A stretch of 64,000 bases of DNA from an uncultured Phycisphaerales bacterium (GTDB lineage Bacteria; Planctomycetota; Phycisphaerae; Sedimentisphaerales; Anaerobacaceae): NCBI GenBank assembly GCA_963718665.1, contig OY970359.1, positions 384,001 to 448,000 on the forward strand, in the 5' to 3' direction. The notes under the pieces were generated by a model that saw only the letters and a program-made list of their open reading frames with translations, had not been told where the DNA came from and did no database searches. This document shows positions 1 to 11,709 of the stretch, in pieces (within the stretch, counting starts at the first letter, position 1; every line of letters starts with the position of its first letter). The position numbers were made by a program, and so were the translations under genes.

Positions 1-1133
<1,133 letters not shown>

Positions 1134-1144
1134 AAAACGCTGAC

Positions 1145-1180
1145 GACAAGGCGGGCCTGAAAAACCCGCCTTGTTGCTTT
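1145..1180 (+). terminator. Intrinsic terminator-like hairpin after groEL
   Basis: GACAAGGCGGG-loop-CCCGCCTTGTT followed by GCTTT. Confidence 0.75.
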
Positions 1181-1196
1181 ATAAAGGAGATTTCAA

Positions 1197-1478
1197 ATGT
1201 CGTTTCAGTTTTACAGCAACGTAATCTCGCAGGCATCCCGCCGAATTGCGGGCGGCATATTCGCAACGGGACTTATGCTAATTGGTTTCGGCCTGCTGAT
1301 TTACCTGATGCCAAAGTTATTCGCTACCATAGCAGCCATCCTTTTCTTCGTCGCTGGCATCGGCACCTGCGTAACTGCCGTCAAAATCTTCGCAGTCCAA
1401 CGCCGGATAGACAAAAATATCAACAACGAATCAACTGAATATCGTGAGAACGTCAGAATCAGGATTGAAGACCACTAA
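1197..1478 (+). CDS. Small membrane protein with two TM helices, hypothetical
   Basis: AAAGGAGA RBS; two hydrophobic segments. Confidence 0.75.
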   Translation: MSFQFYSNVISQASRRIAGGIFATGLMLIGFGLLIYLMPKLFATIAAILFFVAGIGTCVTAVKIFAVQRRIDKNINNESTEYRENVRIRIEDH

Positions 1479-2286
1479 TCAGCTTGAAATTATTGAGCAA
1501 GTTTACCGCTGCTTTGATATCGCCAAGCCGGTCATCGCCTCCCTCACGTTCCACGGCCAACGCCCCGGCAAAACCAGCAATCTTCAATGCCTTCAAAAAT
1601 TTATCTGCACCAACCTCACCCGTCCCCCAGACAACTTCGCTTCCCCATGTCCCCGGCGTTTTGGTCTGCATCGCGTCTTTGATATGAACGTGTTTTATCC
1701 AGGGGCCAAGAACGCCAACCGCTTCGACTGGATTGCCCTTGCCATACAGGATCATATTGGCGGGGTCAAAGTTCACACCCAAAGCAGGATGATTTAATTT
1801 TTCAAGGAAATCGCGAAGCTCGCCCGCCGACTCCTGCCCTGTTTCCATCAATAGCGTTACCTTATGCTCGCCCGCTTTGTCTGCGAGCATCCTGGTTCGC
1901 TCAGTCAACGTTTGGGCCTTTGCGGGGTTTTGCATATCGATGAAACCAAAGTGCGTCGAAAGAAACCGCACCTTCAGCCCGGCAGTCAGCTCAATGGCCT
2001 TTAATGCCGACTTCCGATTATCCCGCCAGCAATCATCAGGCACTATCCCGCCCGTGGCTTTTATCGATTCGAGCGTCGAATAATCCTCCTGTGGAAAATT
2101 AATCATCGCGGCAGTAATCTTCAGTTTGCTTTTGGCGACTTTGGCAAGATACTGACTGCCGTTGTCGGCAAGCGCAGGCGCAATCGCTAAATGAACGCAG
2201 TCAACCCCTGCCTCGGCGATTTTCTCAAAGTCGTTGCCGAGCGACCAACTGCAAACCCCTACAGGCCAATCGAGACATTTCATCAA
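1459..2286 (-). CDS. Sugar phosphate isomerase/epimerase (xylose-isomerase-like TIM barrel)
   Basis: ETGQE, NFDPANM, HVHIKD, GTGEV, VERE metal-binding motifs. Confidence 0.9.
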   Translation of the reverse strand: MMKCLDWPVGVCSWSLGNDFEKIAEAGVDCVHLAIAPALADNGSQYLAKVAKSKLKITAAMINFPQEDYSTLESIKATGGIVPDDCWRDNRKSALKAIELTAGLKVRFLSTHFGFIDMQNPAKAQTLTERTRMLADKAGEHKVTLLMETGQESAGELRDFLEKLNHPALGVNFDPANMILYGKGNPVEAVGVLGPWIKHVHIKDAMQTKTPGTWGSEVVWGTGEVGADKFLKALKIAGFAGALAVEREGGDDRLGDIKAAVNLLNNFKLISGLQS

Positions 2287-3314
2287 ATCGCAATCTCCTT
2301 TTTGCTTTCAGCGGACTGTTTCTCCGCCAGAATTATTTTTATCGCGCTGAGAGAATCGGCCGGACTGATTATCTGGGGCACTTTTGTGCCTTTGATTTTC
2401 TTTACGAAGTGCGCGATTTCACGCGACCAGCCGTCACCCGATTCAATCTTAGGCGTTAAACAACCGCCGCCGGCCAGACACACTTGAAGCGTCGGCGTAT
2501 GCCTGCAATCATATATAATCGTCGCTTTTTCGAGCGAGATAACAAAACTCATTTCAAATTTGAAGCCGGGCGACATAACAAAGCCGCCCTCCGCCGATAC
2601 GACCTTGTTGTTCTTATAAACATATTGCGTCGTAACGTAATCGAATCCGCCGCTTGGCCCTATGACTGCCTCCGACCTCACCGCTTCGGGCAATCCGAAC
2701 AGATACTGAATATAATCGGCGTCGTGGATATGCAGGTCCATAATCGCCCCGCCGCTTTGTTTCGCGTGGATTAGCCAGTTCTTCCAGCTCCACTCCGGCA
2801 CCGTGCTGACCCGCCGAAAAGACGCGGCCAATACATCACCGTATTTTCCCGAATCCACAATCTGTTTCGCTTTCGCGTACTCAGGCCAAAAGCGGATACA
2901 ATGACCGATTTGCAGTATTCTTTTATTCGTCTTAGCGGCAGCAATCATACCCTCACACTGCTCGACATTCATCGCCATCGGCTTTTCACACAAAACGTGC
3001 GCACCCGCATTAAGGGTCTTTACCGTAAAATCCCTGTGCATAAACGTCGGCAACGTAATCGAAACAGCATCAAGCTGCTTTCCAGCAAGCATTTTTTCAA
3101 AATCCGTATAAAGCGCAACATCCCCAAGGTTTAAAGCTGCATCATCGCCTCCGATATTGCCCTCTATTTTTTCACTGCCCTTCAAGCGTGTCTTGTCGTT
3201 GTCGCAAATCGCAGCCACCCGCACGCCACGTAAGCCGCGATAGCAATGCAAATGCTGCCTGCCCATAAAACCAAATCCGACTATTCCTACCCGCACCAAT
3301 TTAACTCTCCTCAA
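2283..3314 (-). CDS. Gfo/Idh/MocA family oxidoreductase
   Basis: GIVGFGFMG Rossmann motif, HVLCEKPMA, GGAIMDLHIHD. Confidence 0.93.
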   Translation of the reverse strand: MRRVKLVRVGIVGFGFMGRQHLHCYRGLRGVRVAAICDNDKTRLKGSEKIEGNIGGDDAALNLGDVALYTDFEKMLAGKQLDAVSITLPTFMHRDFTVKTLNAGAHVLCEKPMAMNVEQCEGMIAAAKTNKRILQIGHCIRFWPEYAKAKQIVDSGKYGDVLAASFRRVSTVPEWSWKNWLIHAKQSGGAIMDLHIHDADYIQYLFGLPEAVRSEAVIGPSGGFDYVTTQYVYKNNKVVSAEGGFVMSPGFKFEMSFVISLEKATIIYDCRHTPTLQVCLAGGGCLTPKIESGDGWSREIAHFVKKIKGTKVPQIISPADSLSAIKIILAEKQSAESKKEIAI

Positions 3315-3332
3315 CGACTCAAATCCCTGTTT

Positions 3333-4502
3333 TTATCCTTTGAAAAATGCAACCAGCGCAATAATTGACGCGAACATAATCACCGCGGGCACTGAGAAAA
3401 TCGCCCGCCAGTTAAACCGGTCTTCCTTCCTGAAAATATCCATCACAACACCAGCAAACTGCGTCCCTAAAAATAACCCCACTCCGGTCGTTGCCGCGAA
3501 CACAAGCGCCTGCACCGAACTGCGGATTTCAGGCGGAGATGCGATGTTAGCGAATATCTGGCCGGCGATGATAAACAGGACATAAGCAAGGCCGTGAAGT
3601 GATTGCGAAATAACTATCAGCGCACGCGGTTTTGAGATGACGTAAACAAGATACAATAAAAACCAGGCCGCCGCGCCAATCGTCAGCGTCCATTTGAATC
3701 CAAACAAGCCAATAAATTTATTAAGCAGGTAGTATGTGGCTACGGCCTGCACCACCTGGGCAATAGCCATCGCAGCCGGCACGTTCCTGCCGGTTATTCC
3801 CGTGTCCATCATAAATCGTGCGCTGCCCAAAAAATAAAACTGCATCAGCCCCCCTGCCACGAGTGAAACAATCATAAAGACCAGGAAATTGGTATTCTGC
3901 AGCATAGTCATCGCCTTCAAAACAGGCGTCCCGCCGGCCCCGGCAGGCGGCGTCGAAGGTAATGCCAGACAACCGGCCGCCATAATAATTGAAAGCGCCG
4001 CGGCGAGAAAAAGACAATCTCGTCCCTTCTCAGCGGTCTTGAACGTCCACCGCCAGCCCGTCAGGAAATACCCCGCAATCGCCCAGGCAATCGGCGCCCA
4101 CATAAAGACCTTTCCCTGCCAGGCGGCATCGGTAACATTAGCAAAAAGCACCGCGTTGACCAAAGGAAGCGTCGCTGCGTAAAACACCGAATATAAAAAC
4201 ATTACGACAAACAACACTGCAAACCTCGTCTGCACCGCCGCAATCAGCAACAGTACCGCACCAATCAAATGTGCCCCCGCGAGAATCCATTCGGCGTTGA
4301 GCCACTTATCCGCAATCTGCCCTGAAATCAAAGGCGAGATAATGCACGCGAGAGGCAAAGTGGCGTATATCCACCCCGTCTGTTTGCCGCTGAAACGCAA
4401 AGGCCCCAGCAATCTCGCCGCCAATACAGGCATCCATGCCCCCCAAATCGCGTATTCCAGCGCCATTACCGCACTTAACTTTATGTAAAGCAATGTGCTC
4501 AT
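3333..4502 (-). CDS. MFS transporter, nucleoside:H+ symporter-like
   Basis: About 12 TM helices; EYAIWGAW, GQIADKW; likely operon with the two sugar genes. Confidence 0.85.
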   Translation of the reverse strand: MSTLLYIKLSAVMALEYAIWGAWMPVLAARLLGPLRFSGKQTGWIYATLPLACIISPLISGQIADKWLNAEWILAGAHLIGAVLLLIAAVQTRFAVLFVVMFLYSVFYAATLPLVNAVLFANVTDAAWQGKVFMWAPIAWAIAGYFLTGWRWTFKTAEKGRDCLFLAAALSIIMAAGCLALPSTPPAGAGGTPVLKAMTMLQNTNFLVFMIVSLVAGGLMQFYFLGSARFMMDTGITGRNVPAAMAIAQVVQAVATYYLLNKFIGLFGFKWTLTIGAAAWFLLYLVYVISKPRALIVISQSLHGLAYVLFIIAGQIFANIASPPEIRSSVQALVFAATTGVGLFLGTQFAGVVMDIFRKEDRFNWRAIFSVPAVIMFASIIALVAFFKG

Positions 4503-4626
4503 TTTTGTCTCCCTAAAAATGTGCCCACATTGTCAATACCCGGACGCGTTAAATCCAGTATAATCTAAAGAAGCCCCTGAGAAAATGGCGTGCAATCCGC
4601 AAAATCAGAGGTTAAAATATGGCGAT

Positions 4627-5232
4627 ATGAAACTGCCAAAACTTCAAAAACCGGATAGTTATGTCGGCCTGTACATCGTCGATTTCGGCGACGGTTCGAC
4701 AGGGCTCACCGCAGGTCATACGGGAGTGGGATTCACCGCGCAGGAGGTCGCTGAGCTTTTTGAAAGCGAAAAGTTCGGCCATTGCAAGGCATATAAGATA
4801 CACAAGGCATATCCCGACGGCCGGCTGGAGCTGAAAGGCGTTCAAAAAGAAATTTTCCAGCTTGAGACAGGCCTGTTCTTCTTCTCTGCTGATATCGACG
4901 CCGCCCGCAATGATTACAAGCGATTAGTCAAACTCGGCATTGAGACCAACTTGCCCTGCAAAGCGATAGTTCATCTTGCCAGGTACAACGAAGATAAATT
5001 CGCGGCAGCGCTTATTTACCCCGCCGAATATGATGATGAGATAAGCGGCTGGCTGCTTGAACATCAGTTTAAATCAGCGGGTGTTGCCGAAGGAGGCATA
5101 AGCGCTGTAACGAGATACTACGACGCAAAGCCCGAAATACTGGAAAGACATCAGTTGTGGGGCCGGTCATCCATCGAAAGCCGAACAGGCGAGGAGCTTC
5201 TGGCCTCGACAAAAATCGCCGTGCAAAGATAA
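4627..5232 (+). CDS. Hypothetical protein (carries an in-frame 24-nt repeat)
   Basis: Long ORF with normal composition; probable start MKLPKL at 4627. Confidence 0.75.
   Translation: MKLPKLQKPDSYVGLYIVDFGDGSTGLTAGHTGVGFTAQEVAELFESEKFGHCKAYKIHKAYPDGRLELKGVQKEIFQLETGLFFFSADIDAARNDYKRLVKLGIETNLPCKAIVHLARYNEDKFAAALIYPAEYDDEISGWLLEHQFKSAGVAEGGISAVTRYYDAKPEILERHQLWGRSSIESRTGEELLASTKIAVQR
4693..4716 (+). repeat. 24-nt REP-like mini-element inside a CDS (encodes GSTGLTAG)
   Basis: GGTTCGACAGGGCTCACCGCAGGT, similar to copies at 39502-39525 and 40419-40463. Confidence 0.6.
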
Positions 5233-5246
5233 TCACTTTTTGAAAA

Positions 5247-5447
5247 ATGGTCCTTCATCGCAAAACTAATACTGTCCTGGGCTTTTTAGCGGGGTTAATG
5301 TCGGCTGTCTTCGGAACCAAGGCCGCGAAACCATCTGCAGAGGATTTGAAACGGGCGGAATTCACAACCAGCACACAGCGACTCGGAATCCGGTTCACAG
5401 ACCGCATAAGGGATGTCTTTCGATTCAAGTGGCTTAAGAAAACGTGA
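5247..5447 (+). CDS. Small hypothetical protein
   Basis: Fills the gap between co-directional genes; basic C-terminus. Confidence 0.55.
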   Translation: MVLHRKTNTVLGFLAGLMSAVFGTKAAKPSAEDLKRAEFTTSTQRLGIRFTDRIRDVFRFKWLKKT

Positions 5448-5454
5448 GACCCCT

Positions 5455-7323
5455 ATGAAACCACACCGTATAAATAGTATGCGAGAAACAGATAACATAA
5501 TTCCGCCGACAGGTGGTGAGCCGGTGCTCAGCGAAAACGCGCTGACCGTGCTGGAGAATCGCTATTTAATCAGGGATGAACAGGGCAAAATCATTGAGAC
5601 GCCCGGTCAGCTTTTCAACAGGGTTGCCCGTCTTGTCGCATCAATCGAGGCAAACTACGGCTGTAACGAAACCGAAGTTGCCCAGTGGCATAAAAAATAT
5701 TATGACATTATGGCGTCGCTGAAGTTTTTGCCTAATTCGCCAACGCTAATGAACGCGGGTAGGCCTTCGGGAATGTTGAGCGCATGTTTTGTTTTGCCGA
5801 TTGAAGACAGCATCGAAGATATATTCGAGACAATCAAAGACACCGCCCTGATTCAGAAGGCAGGCGGCGGAACAGGTTTTTCACTCGACCACCTGCGCCC
5901 CACCGGCGACCGGGTCGCGTCGAGCGGCGGAACAACGTCAGGCCCGATTTCATTTTGGCGGGTATTTTCCCAGACAACCGACGCGATTCAACAGGGCGCA
6001 TTCCGCAGAGGCGCAAATATGGGGATGATGAGCGTTACTCATCCCGATATCATCAGGTTCCTGCACGCCAAACAGGACTTAAAGGCCTTCACAAATTTCA
6101 ACATCTCAGTAAAAATCACCGATGCCTGGATGAACGCCCTCGAAACAAAACCCAACACGCTGCACGTCGTTGAAAACCCCCGGACAGGTCAAAAATACCT
6201 CCTGCCCAAGCAAATCGACATCAACAACTATGTGATACAGGACCTGTTTGCGCTACCCGGCGACAACATATCACAATTTGAAAACACAGGCAGGTTTTAT
6301 ACCATCGGCGATTTGTGGAATATGATTATCACCTGCGCCCATAAAACAGGCGACCCGGGCGTGGCGTTCATTGACCGCATCAACAAAGATAACCCGACGC
6401 CCGCACTTGGCGATATTGAAGCGACAAACCCCTGCGGCGAACAGCCGTTGCTGCCCTACGAGGCCTGCACATTAGGCAGCATCAACATCGCGAAATTCGT
6501 TACCGACAAATCCGAAATCGACTGGCCTGCGCTGGCTGAAACAACGAAACTGAGCGTCCGATTCCTCGATAACATCATCGACGCCTGCCACTATCCTGTT
6601 ACCCAGACAGCCGAAATCGCCCACGCAAACCGCAAAATCGGACTGGGCATTATGGGCTTCGCGGACTGCCTTTTTATGCTCGGCATACCATACGACAGCA
6701 ACGAAGGCGTAGCTGCCGCGGAATCAATTATGAAATTCATAAACGAAAACGCCAGGCAGGCAAGCAGTGAATTGGCTGAAAAACGAGGGTGCTTCCCCAA
6801 CTGGCCCAACAGTATCTGGAACAAGCAGAGAAATTTGAAGGTGCGAAACGCCGCGATTACCTGTGTCGCACCAACCGGCACAATAAGCATCATCGCCAAC
6901 TGCTCATCAGGTATTGAGCCGCTTTATTCGCTCGTTTTTGTGCGACAGGTCCTGTCAGGCAAAAAATTACTCCAGGCAAATCCGGTTTTCGGGGAAATTG
7001 CCGCAAACAGGGGTATTTGCAGCGAAGATATCGCCCGGCAGGCACTTCAAACCGGCAGTATTCAAACGATATCTTCAATCCCCGCTGAAATCCGCAAAAT
7101 ATTCAAATGCGCCTATGATATCAGCCCCGAATGGCATATTCGTATGCAGGCCGCATTCCAAAAGCACTGCGACGCAGCCGTCAGCAAGACGATAAACTTC
7201 ACTGAAAAGGCCAAAACCACCGGCGTTGACAAGGCCTACCGGCTCGCGTATCACCTTGGCTGCAAAGGAATTACGATATACCGCCGGAAAAGCAGACCCG
7301 ATGAGCCGATGACGCTTTGTTAG
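5455..7323 (+). CDS. nrdJ: Adenosylcobalamin-dependent (class II) ribonucleotide reductase
   Basis: PNSPTLMNAG, LSACFV, QKAGGGTG, ATNPCGEQPL, APTGTIS, AVSKTIN, GCKGITIYR; no beta-subunit gene nearby; start 5455 or 5479 uncertain. Confidence 0.88.
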   Translation: MKPHRINSMRETDNIIPPTGGEPVLSENALTVLENRYLIRDEQGKIIETPGQLFNRVARLVASIEANYGCNETEVAQWHKKYYDIMASLKFLPNSPTLMNAGRPSGMLSACFVLPIEDSIEDIFETIKDTALIQKAGGGTGFSLDHLRPTGDRVASSGGTTSGPISFWRVFSQTTDAIQQGAFRRGANMGMMSVTHPDIIRFLHAKQDLKAFTNFNISVKITDAWMNALETKPNTLHVVENPRTGQKYLLPKQIDINNYVIQDLFALPGDNISQFENTGRFYTIGDLWNMIITCAHKTGDPGVAFIDRINKDNPTPALGDIEATNPCGEQPLLPYEACTLGSINIAKFVTDKSEIDWPALAETTKLSVRFLDNIIDACHYPVTQTAEIAHANRKIGLGIMGFADCLFMLGIPYDSNEGVAAAESIMKFINENARQASSELAEKRGCFPNWPNSIWNKQRNLKVRNAAITCVAPTGTISIIANCSSGIEPLYSLVFVRQVLSGKKLLQANPVFGEIAANRGICSEDIARQALQTGSIQTISSIPAEIRKIFKCAYDISPEWHIRMQAAFQKHCDAAVSKTINFTEKAKTTGVDKAYRLAYHLGCKGITIYRRKSRPDEPMTLC

Positions 7324-7481
7324 ACAGCCCCGCCAAGCCGTTTTAACCCCCAAATCGAACACGGAACCGCAAAAAACGTATATTTTATAAGGCCAACTAA
7401 ATGGGGTAATTTTTGGATTAAAGCACAAATTATGTGTTTGCCGATAATTGGAGCAGCAGAACAGAGTTTTTCTCCCCTCCG

Positions 7482-7525
7482 GAAAACATCGGGTAGCGAG
7501 GCGTTATCCGGTGTTTTCTTTTTTT
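7482..7525 (+). terminator. Strong intrinsic terminator (16-bp stem plus U7)
   Basis: GAAAACATCGGGTAGC/GTTATCCGGTGTTTTC then TTTTTTT; the G-U pairs favour the + strand. Confidence 0.85.
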
Positions 7526-7732
7526 ATAGAGACGACAACTACACTCAAATCGCTTAAAATTCAATAAATGGCTTGAAAACTAATGGGACAACGAGTAAAC
7601 TACTACGGGTTACCACCCGTAGTATTGCGGCGGAAGAATAAATTTCGGGCAATGTAGCCGATATAGTAATATCGGAATAACGAATGTAAAGAAATAGAGT
7701 CGCACGTTTTTTGGATTAAGGAGAAACCAAAA

Positions 7733-8119
7733 ATGAAGAAACAGTTAATGGCACTGGTTGGGGTGGTCGCGGTTTGTATGCTGCTGGCGGTTGTGAGCAA
7801 TGTGATGGCAGCAGACGTAAACCAGCCAAAGGAAAAATCGAAGGACAGCAACAGTTTGGTCATAGGTATCGTCAACGTAGTTAAAGGCAACGACGGTAAT
7901 TTCACTGAAATAAAAGTGGTGGTGTCACGCAGGGAACTCATATACAAGGTGGTTCTCGATGCAAAAGGCATAGAGCTGGGAAAGACAATGGCTGACAAAA
8001 GAGCCAGAATCGAAGGAACCATAGAGCAAAAAGGTGATGTTCAATGGCTGACCGTAAAAACGTTTAGCGACCTGAAACCCAGGGGAGATGCCAAGCCGAA
8101 AGCAAAACCAACCCAGTAA
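7733..8119 (+). CDS. Exported hypothetical protein
   Basis: AAGGAGA RBS; signal peptide MKKQLMALV...VMA. Confidence 0.8.
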   Translation: MKKQLMALVGVVAVCMLLAVVSNVMAADVNQPKEKSKDSNSLVIGIVNVVKGNDGNFTEIKVVVSRRELIYKVVLDAKGIELGKTMADKRARIEGTIEQKGDVQWLTVKTFSDLKPRGDAKPKAKPTQ

Positions 8120-8174
8120 CGCAAAATAGGACAAGCCCAGGCAAAATCAGTAACGTGATTAAATAATGAACACT

Positions 8175-8206
8175 AAGAGCCGCATAGTAACGCGGCTCTT
8201 TTTTTT
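8175..8206 (+). terminator. Intrinsic terminator between convergent genes
   Basis: AAGAGCCGC-loop-GCGGCTCTT followed by a T-run. Confidence 0.85.
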
Positions 8207-8223
8207 GCGCCAAGACAGATTTG

Positions 8224-11200
8224 TTATGCGTTTTGGCCGTGGCATTTTTTGTATTTTTTGCCTGAGCCGCAGGGACAAGGGTCATTGCGACCGACCTTGG
8301 GGCCTTCAAGCTTAATCTGCTTGACCTTTATCTCGCCCTGAGGCGCCTGCGCGGCGGCACGCTGACGCTCGGCCATAGCAAATTGCCCGACTTGGTCGTG
8401 CGCGGTCTGGCTCACCTGCCAAACGCTTCTGGCTCTTACGCCGGCTTCGAGATGAACCTTGAAAACGATATCCGTCACCCGCTCATCGATATTGGACAGC
8501 ATCTCGCTGAACATTCGGTGCCCTTCCCGCTTGTATTCGGTCTTCGGGTCCTTCTCGGCCCATGAACGCATCCAGATACTGTCCTTGAGATGGTCCATAT
8601 TATAAAGATGGTCTTTCCAGGCGGTGTCATAAACCTGGAGCAGGACGTATCTTTCAAGCTCGCTTAATTCCCTTCGCAGAAACTCCTTGCCCGCATGAAG
8701 GATTATATCTTTTCGCGTTTCAATATCCGCGAGCCGTTCGGGCGTAAACGCCGTCCCGAAGCGGTTATTGGTCCATTCGGTAATCGCCTGCGTATCAGGC
8801 AGGTGAAGCGCATCATCGATTTCCTTTGTCAATTGACCATTGCTGTAGGACTCGCTCAATTCCAGAAGCTGCCTGTGCAGCGTCTGCGGCTGGATTTGCT
8901 GTATGCCCTCGGCGGTAAACTGGGCGTTATATTTTCTGTTCGCCCAGTTCGCCAGCGATTCAAATCCATATACATTTGCCCCCTGAGGTCCATACACCAT
9001 ATTCATCGCGAACTCGACTGGATATTCGATTTCACGTCTTTTATACCTTGCCCTGATTTGCTCCGCGATAAGTCCCTCAATCTGCTCCGGCTTTAACGCT
9101 TTCAGATCATCAACGCTCAGCTTTATATCGAACTTAGTGCGAATCCATTCCACAAGCCGGCGAATCGCGAAATCAGGTTTCAACGGCTCAGCAACAGGTG
9201 AACAGTCCTTTTTCTCAATCTGCTCATGTGCCGCGGCAATCAATTGCTCTTCGAGCTGCTCAGGCGTCATCTGCTTGACCTTGTTTATGCTCAAGCTGAC
9301 GCTGAATGCGCTCATCGCCCATTTGCACAGACCCGGAATGTCCCACGTTGACTGGTCTTCGTAATCCTCGAAGTATTCGCCAATCGACAGCGATATATCG
9401 TTGCCCGCGCTTTCCTTGGCCTTGTCCTTGATGATTCGCTCAATCTCTTCGGCCGACAATTCCTCTATTTCAGATGGTTTCAATTCAACGCTGAACTGGC
9501 TCGATGCCCATTCACAGATGCACTTAACGGGATACGCCCTCTCCAGCATTACCTGACAGGTCTTGGCGGTAGTGCCACCTATCATTTCATCGATAATTTC
9601 TTTAAGACCCTCGCCTCCCAGGATTTTTCGCCTGCGGGAATAAAATATCTTGCGCTGATAATCCATCACCTCGTCGTAATCGAGCAAACTTTTTCGCGTC
9701 TCGAAGTTTCGCTCCTCGACCTTTTTCTGCGCCTTGGCGATGCCCTTGCTGATTCTTTTGTGATAAATCGGCTGCCCTTCTTCCCAGCCAATCCACGACA
9801 ACGCCTTTACCGTCCATTCCGGCGCAAACGTCCGCATCAATTCATCGTCGAAGCTGAGGAAGAACTGGCTCGATCCTTTGTCACCCTGTCTGCCGCAGCG
9901 TCCGCGAAGCTGGTTGTCGATACGCCTTGCCTCGTGGCGTTCGGTACCGAGAACGTGAAGCCCGCCTATATCAGCGACGCCCTCTCCGAGCTTGATATCC
10001 GTTCCCCGGCCTGCCATATTAGTCGCAATCGTAACGTTGCCGTGCATTTTCCCGTCACGACCCTGATGTTGAAAGCCCGCCTTCGCGACGATTTGCGCCT
10101 TGCGCTCATGCTGTTTGGCGTTAAGCACCTCGTGCTCAAGGCCGAATCTCCTGTTAAGCGCCTCCGATAACATTTCATTTTTCTCAACGCTCACCGTTCC
10201 AACCAGCACGGGTCTTCCCGAAATGCTGATATTGTTCAACTCCTCCAATATCGCGGTGAACTTTTCGGGCATCGACTTATAAATCACGTCTTCCATATCG
10301 TCCCTGATGCAGGGCTGATTGGTCGGCATAACAACGACTTCCAACCTGTAAATTTTCATAAACTCTTCGGCTTCCGTCATCGCGGTCCCCGTCATACCCG
10401 CAATCTGGCCATAGAGTTTGAAGAAATTCTGCAGCGTAATCGTGGCAAGCGTCTGGCTCTCCTCCTTGACCTGCACGGCCTCTTTCGCCTCGACCGCCTG
10501 GTGCAGACCGTCCGACCACTGCCTGCCGTGCATCAGTCGCCCCGTGAACTCATCGACGATGACGACCTTGCCTTCCATTACGACATAATCTTTTTCCTTT
10601 TCGAAAACTACATGCGCACGCAGCGACTGCTCAAGCATGTGAGGCCATTCCATATTCGAGCCGGTGAAAAACGACCCGACTCCCGCCGCCTCCTGTGCCG
10701 CGCTGATTCCCTCGTGCGTCAAATGCACTGCCTTTCGGTCTTGCTCAACCTCGTAATACTGGGTTGCGCCGCCGGTTTTGCTCTGCGCCTCTTCAAGCTC
10801 CTTTTCGAGCCGTTCTATCGTGGCCTGCGTCTTTTCGATACGACTTTTATCTTTGGACTTTTTGGCCTCGCTCAATTCGCCATAAGCATTGGCAAGGGTC
10901 TTTTCCGACGTATCAATCTGCTTTTTGACCCGGTCGTAACCACTCTGCAGCCCGATGAGTTTTCTCGCTACGTCGTCAGCCCTTTTGTATCTGCTCACGT
11001 CATCGAACGCGGGTCCCGATATAATCAAAGGTGTTCTCGCCTCATCAATCAGAATCGAGTCAACCTCGTCGATGATTCCGTACTGCAAATCTCCCTGCAC
11101 CATGTGCTCAATCGACAGCTTCATATTATCGCGCAGATAATCGAAGCCGAATTCGTTGTTGGTGCCGTAGGTAATGTCGCTTTCGTATTGGTTTTTTCTC

Positions 11201-11709
11201 TCCTCGCCTGCGGTATCCATATCCGCCTGTATCGCGCCGACGGATAATCCAAGCGCGTTATAAATAGGCCCCATCCATTCGGCGTCGCGCTTCGCGAGGT
11301 AATCATTTACGGTAACGACGTGAACGTGCCTGCCCGTCAGGTGCACAAGATACGCGGCTAACGTCGCGACCAATGTTTTACCTTCGCCGGTCGCCATTTC
11401 CGCGATTTTGCCTTCGTAGAGGACATTGCCGCCGACCAACTGCACATCGAAATGCCTCATATTGACTGTGCGTCTGGCCGCCTCACGAACAACGGCGAAC
11501 GCCTCGGGCAGCATATCTTCCGCCCTGCCGCCATTTTTGAGCTTATCCTTGAATTCGGCTGTCTTTGCCTTCAACTGCTCATCGGTCAACTGCTTAACCT
11601 GCTCTTCAAAGACGCCTGCCTCGCGGGCGACGGTCATATACGTCTTAACCAATCGCTCGCTGCGTGAGCCGAATAGCTTTACAATCCTTTTGCCGAAATT
11701 CTTTAACAT
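8224..11709 (-). CDS. secA: Preprotein translocase ATPase SecA, 1161 aa, with insertions
   Basis: [50 protein letters not shown] motif [19 protein letters not shown]. Confidence 0.98.
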   Translation of the reverse strand: MLKNFGKRIVKLFGSRSERLVKTYMTVAREAGVFEEQVKQLTDEQLKAKTAEFKDKLKNGGRAEDMLPEAFAVVREAARRTVNMRHFDVQLVGGNVLYEGKIAEMATGEGKTLVATLAAYLVHLTGRHVHVVTVNDYLAKRDAEWMGPIYNALGLSVGAIQADMDTAGEERKNQYESDITYGTNNEFGFDYLRDNMKLSIEHMVQGDLQYGIIDEVDSILIDEARTPLIISGPAFDDVSRYKRADDVARKLIGLQSGYDRVKKQIDTSEKTLANAYGELSEAKKSKDKSRIEKTQATIERLEKELEEAQSKTGGATQYYEVEQDRKAVHLTHEGISAAQEAAGVGSFFTGSNMEWPHMLEQSLRAHVVFEKEKDYVVMEGKVVIVDEFTGRLMHGRQWSDGLHQAVEAKEAVQVKEESQTLATITLQNFFKLYGQIAGMTGTAMTEAEEFMKIYRLEVVVMPTNQPCIRDDMEDVIYKSMPEKFTAILEELNNISISGRPVLVGTVSVEKNEMLSEALNRRFGLEHEVLNAKQHERKAQIVAKAGFQHQGRDGKMHGNVTIATNMAGRGTDIKLGEGVADIGGLHVLGTERHEARRIDNQLRGRCGRQGDKGSSQFFLSFDDELMRTFAPEWTVKALSWIGWEEGQPIYHKRISKGIAKAQKKVEERNFETRKSLLDYDEVMDYQRKIFYSRRRKILGGEGLKEIIDEMIGGTTAKTCQVMLERAYPVKCICEWASSQFSVELKPSEIEELSAEEIERIIKDKAKESAGNDISLSIGEYFEDYEDQSTWDIPGLCKWAMSAFSVSLSINKVKQMTPEQLEEQLIAAAHEQIEKKDCSPVAEPLKPDFAIRRLVEWIRTKFDIKLSVDDLKALKPEQIEGLIAEQIRARYKRREIEYPVEFAMNMVYGPQGANVYGFESLANWANRKYNAQFTAEGIQQIQPQTLHRQLLELSESYSNGQLTKEIDDALHLPDTQAITEWTNNRFGTAFTPERLADIETRKDIILHAGKEFLRRELSELERYVLLQVYDTAWKDHLYNMDHLKDSIWMRSWAEKDPKTEYKREGHRMFSEMLSNIDERVTDIVFKVHLEAGVRARSVWQVSQTAHDQVGQFAMAERQRAAAQAPQGEIKVKQIKLEGPKVGRNDPCPCGSGKKYKKCHGQNA

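Noticed and set aside
5232..5460. Cobalamin riboswitch or NrdR box upstream of nrdJ
   Set aside because: The region is coding and shows no B12 box or clear NrdR palindrome.
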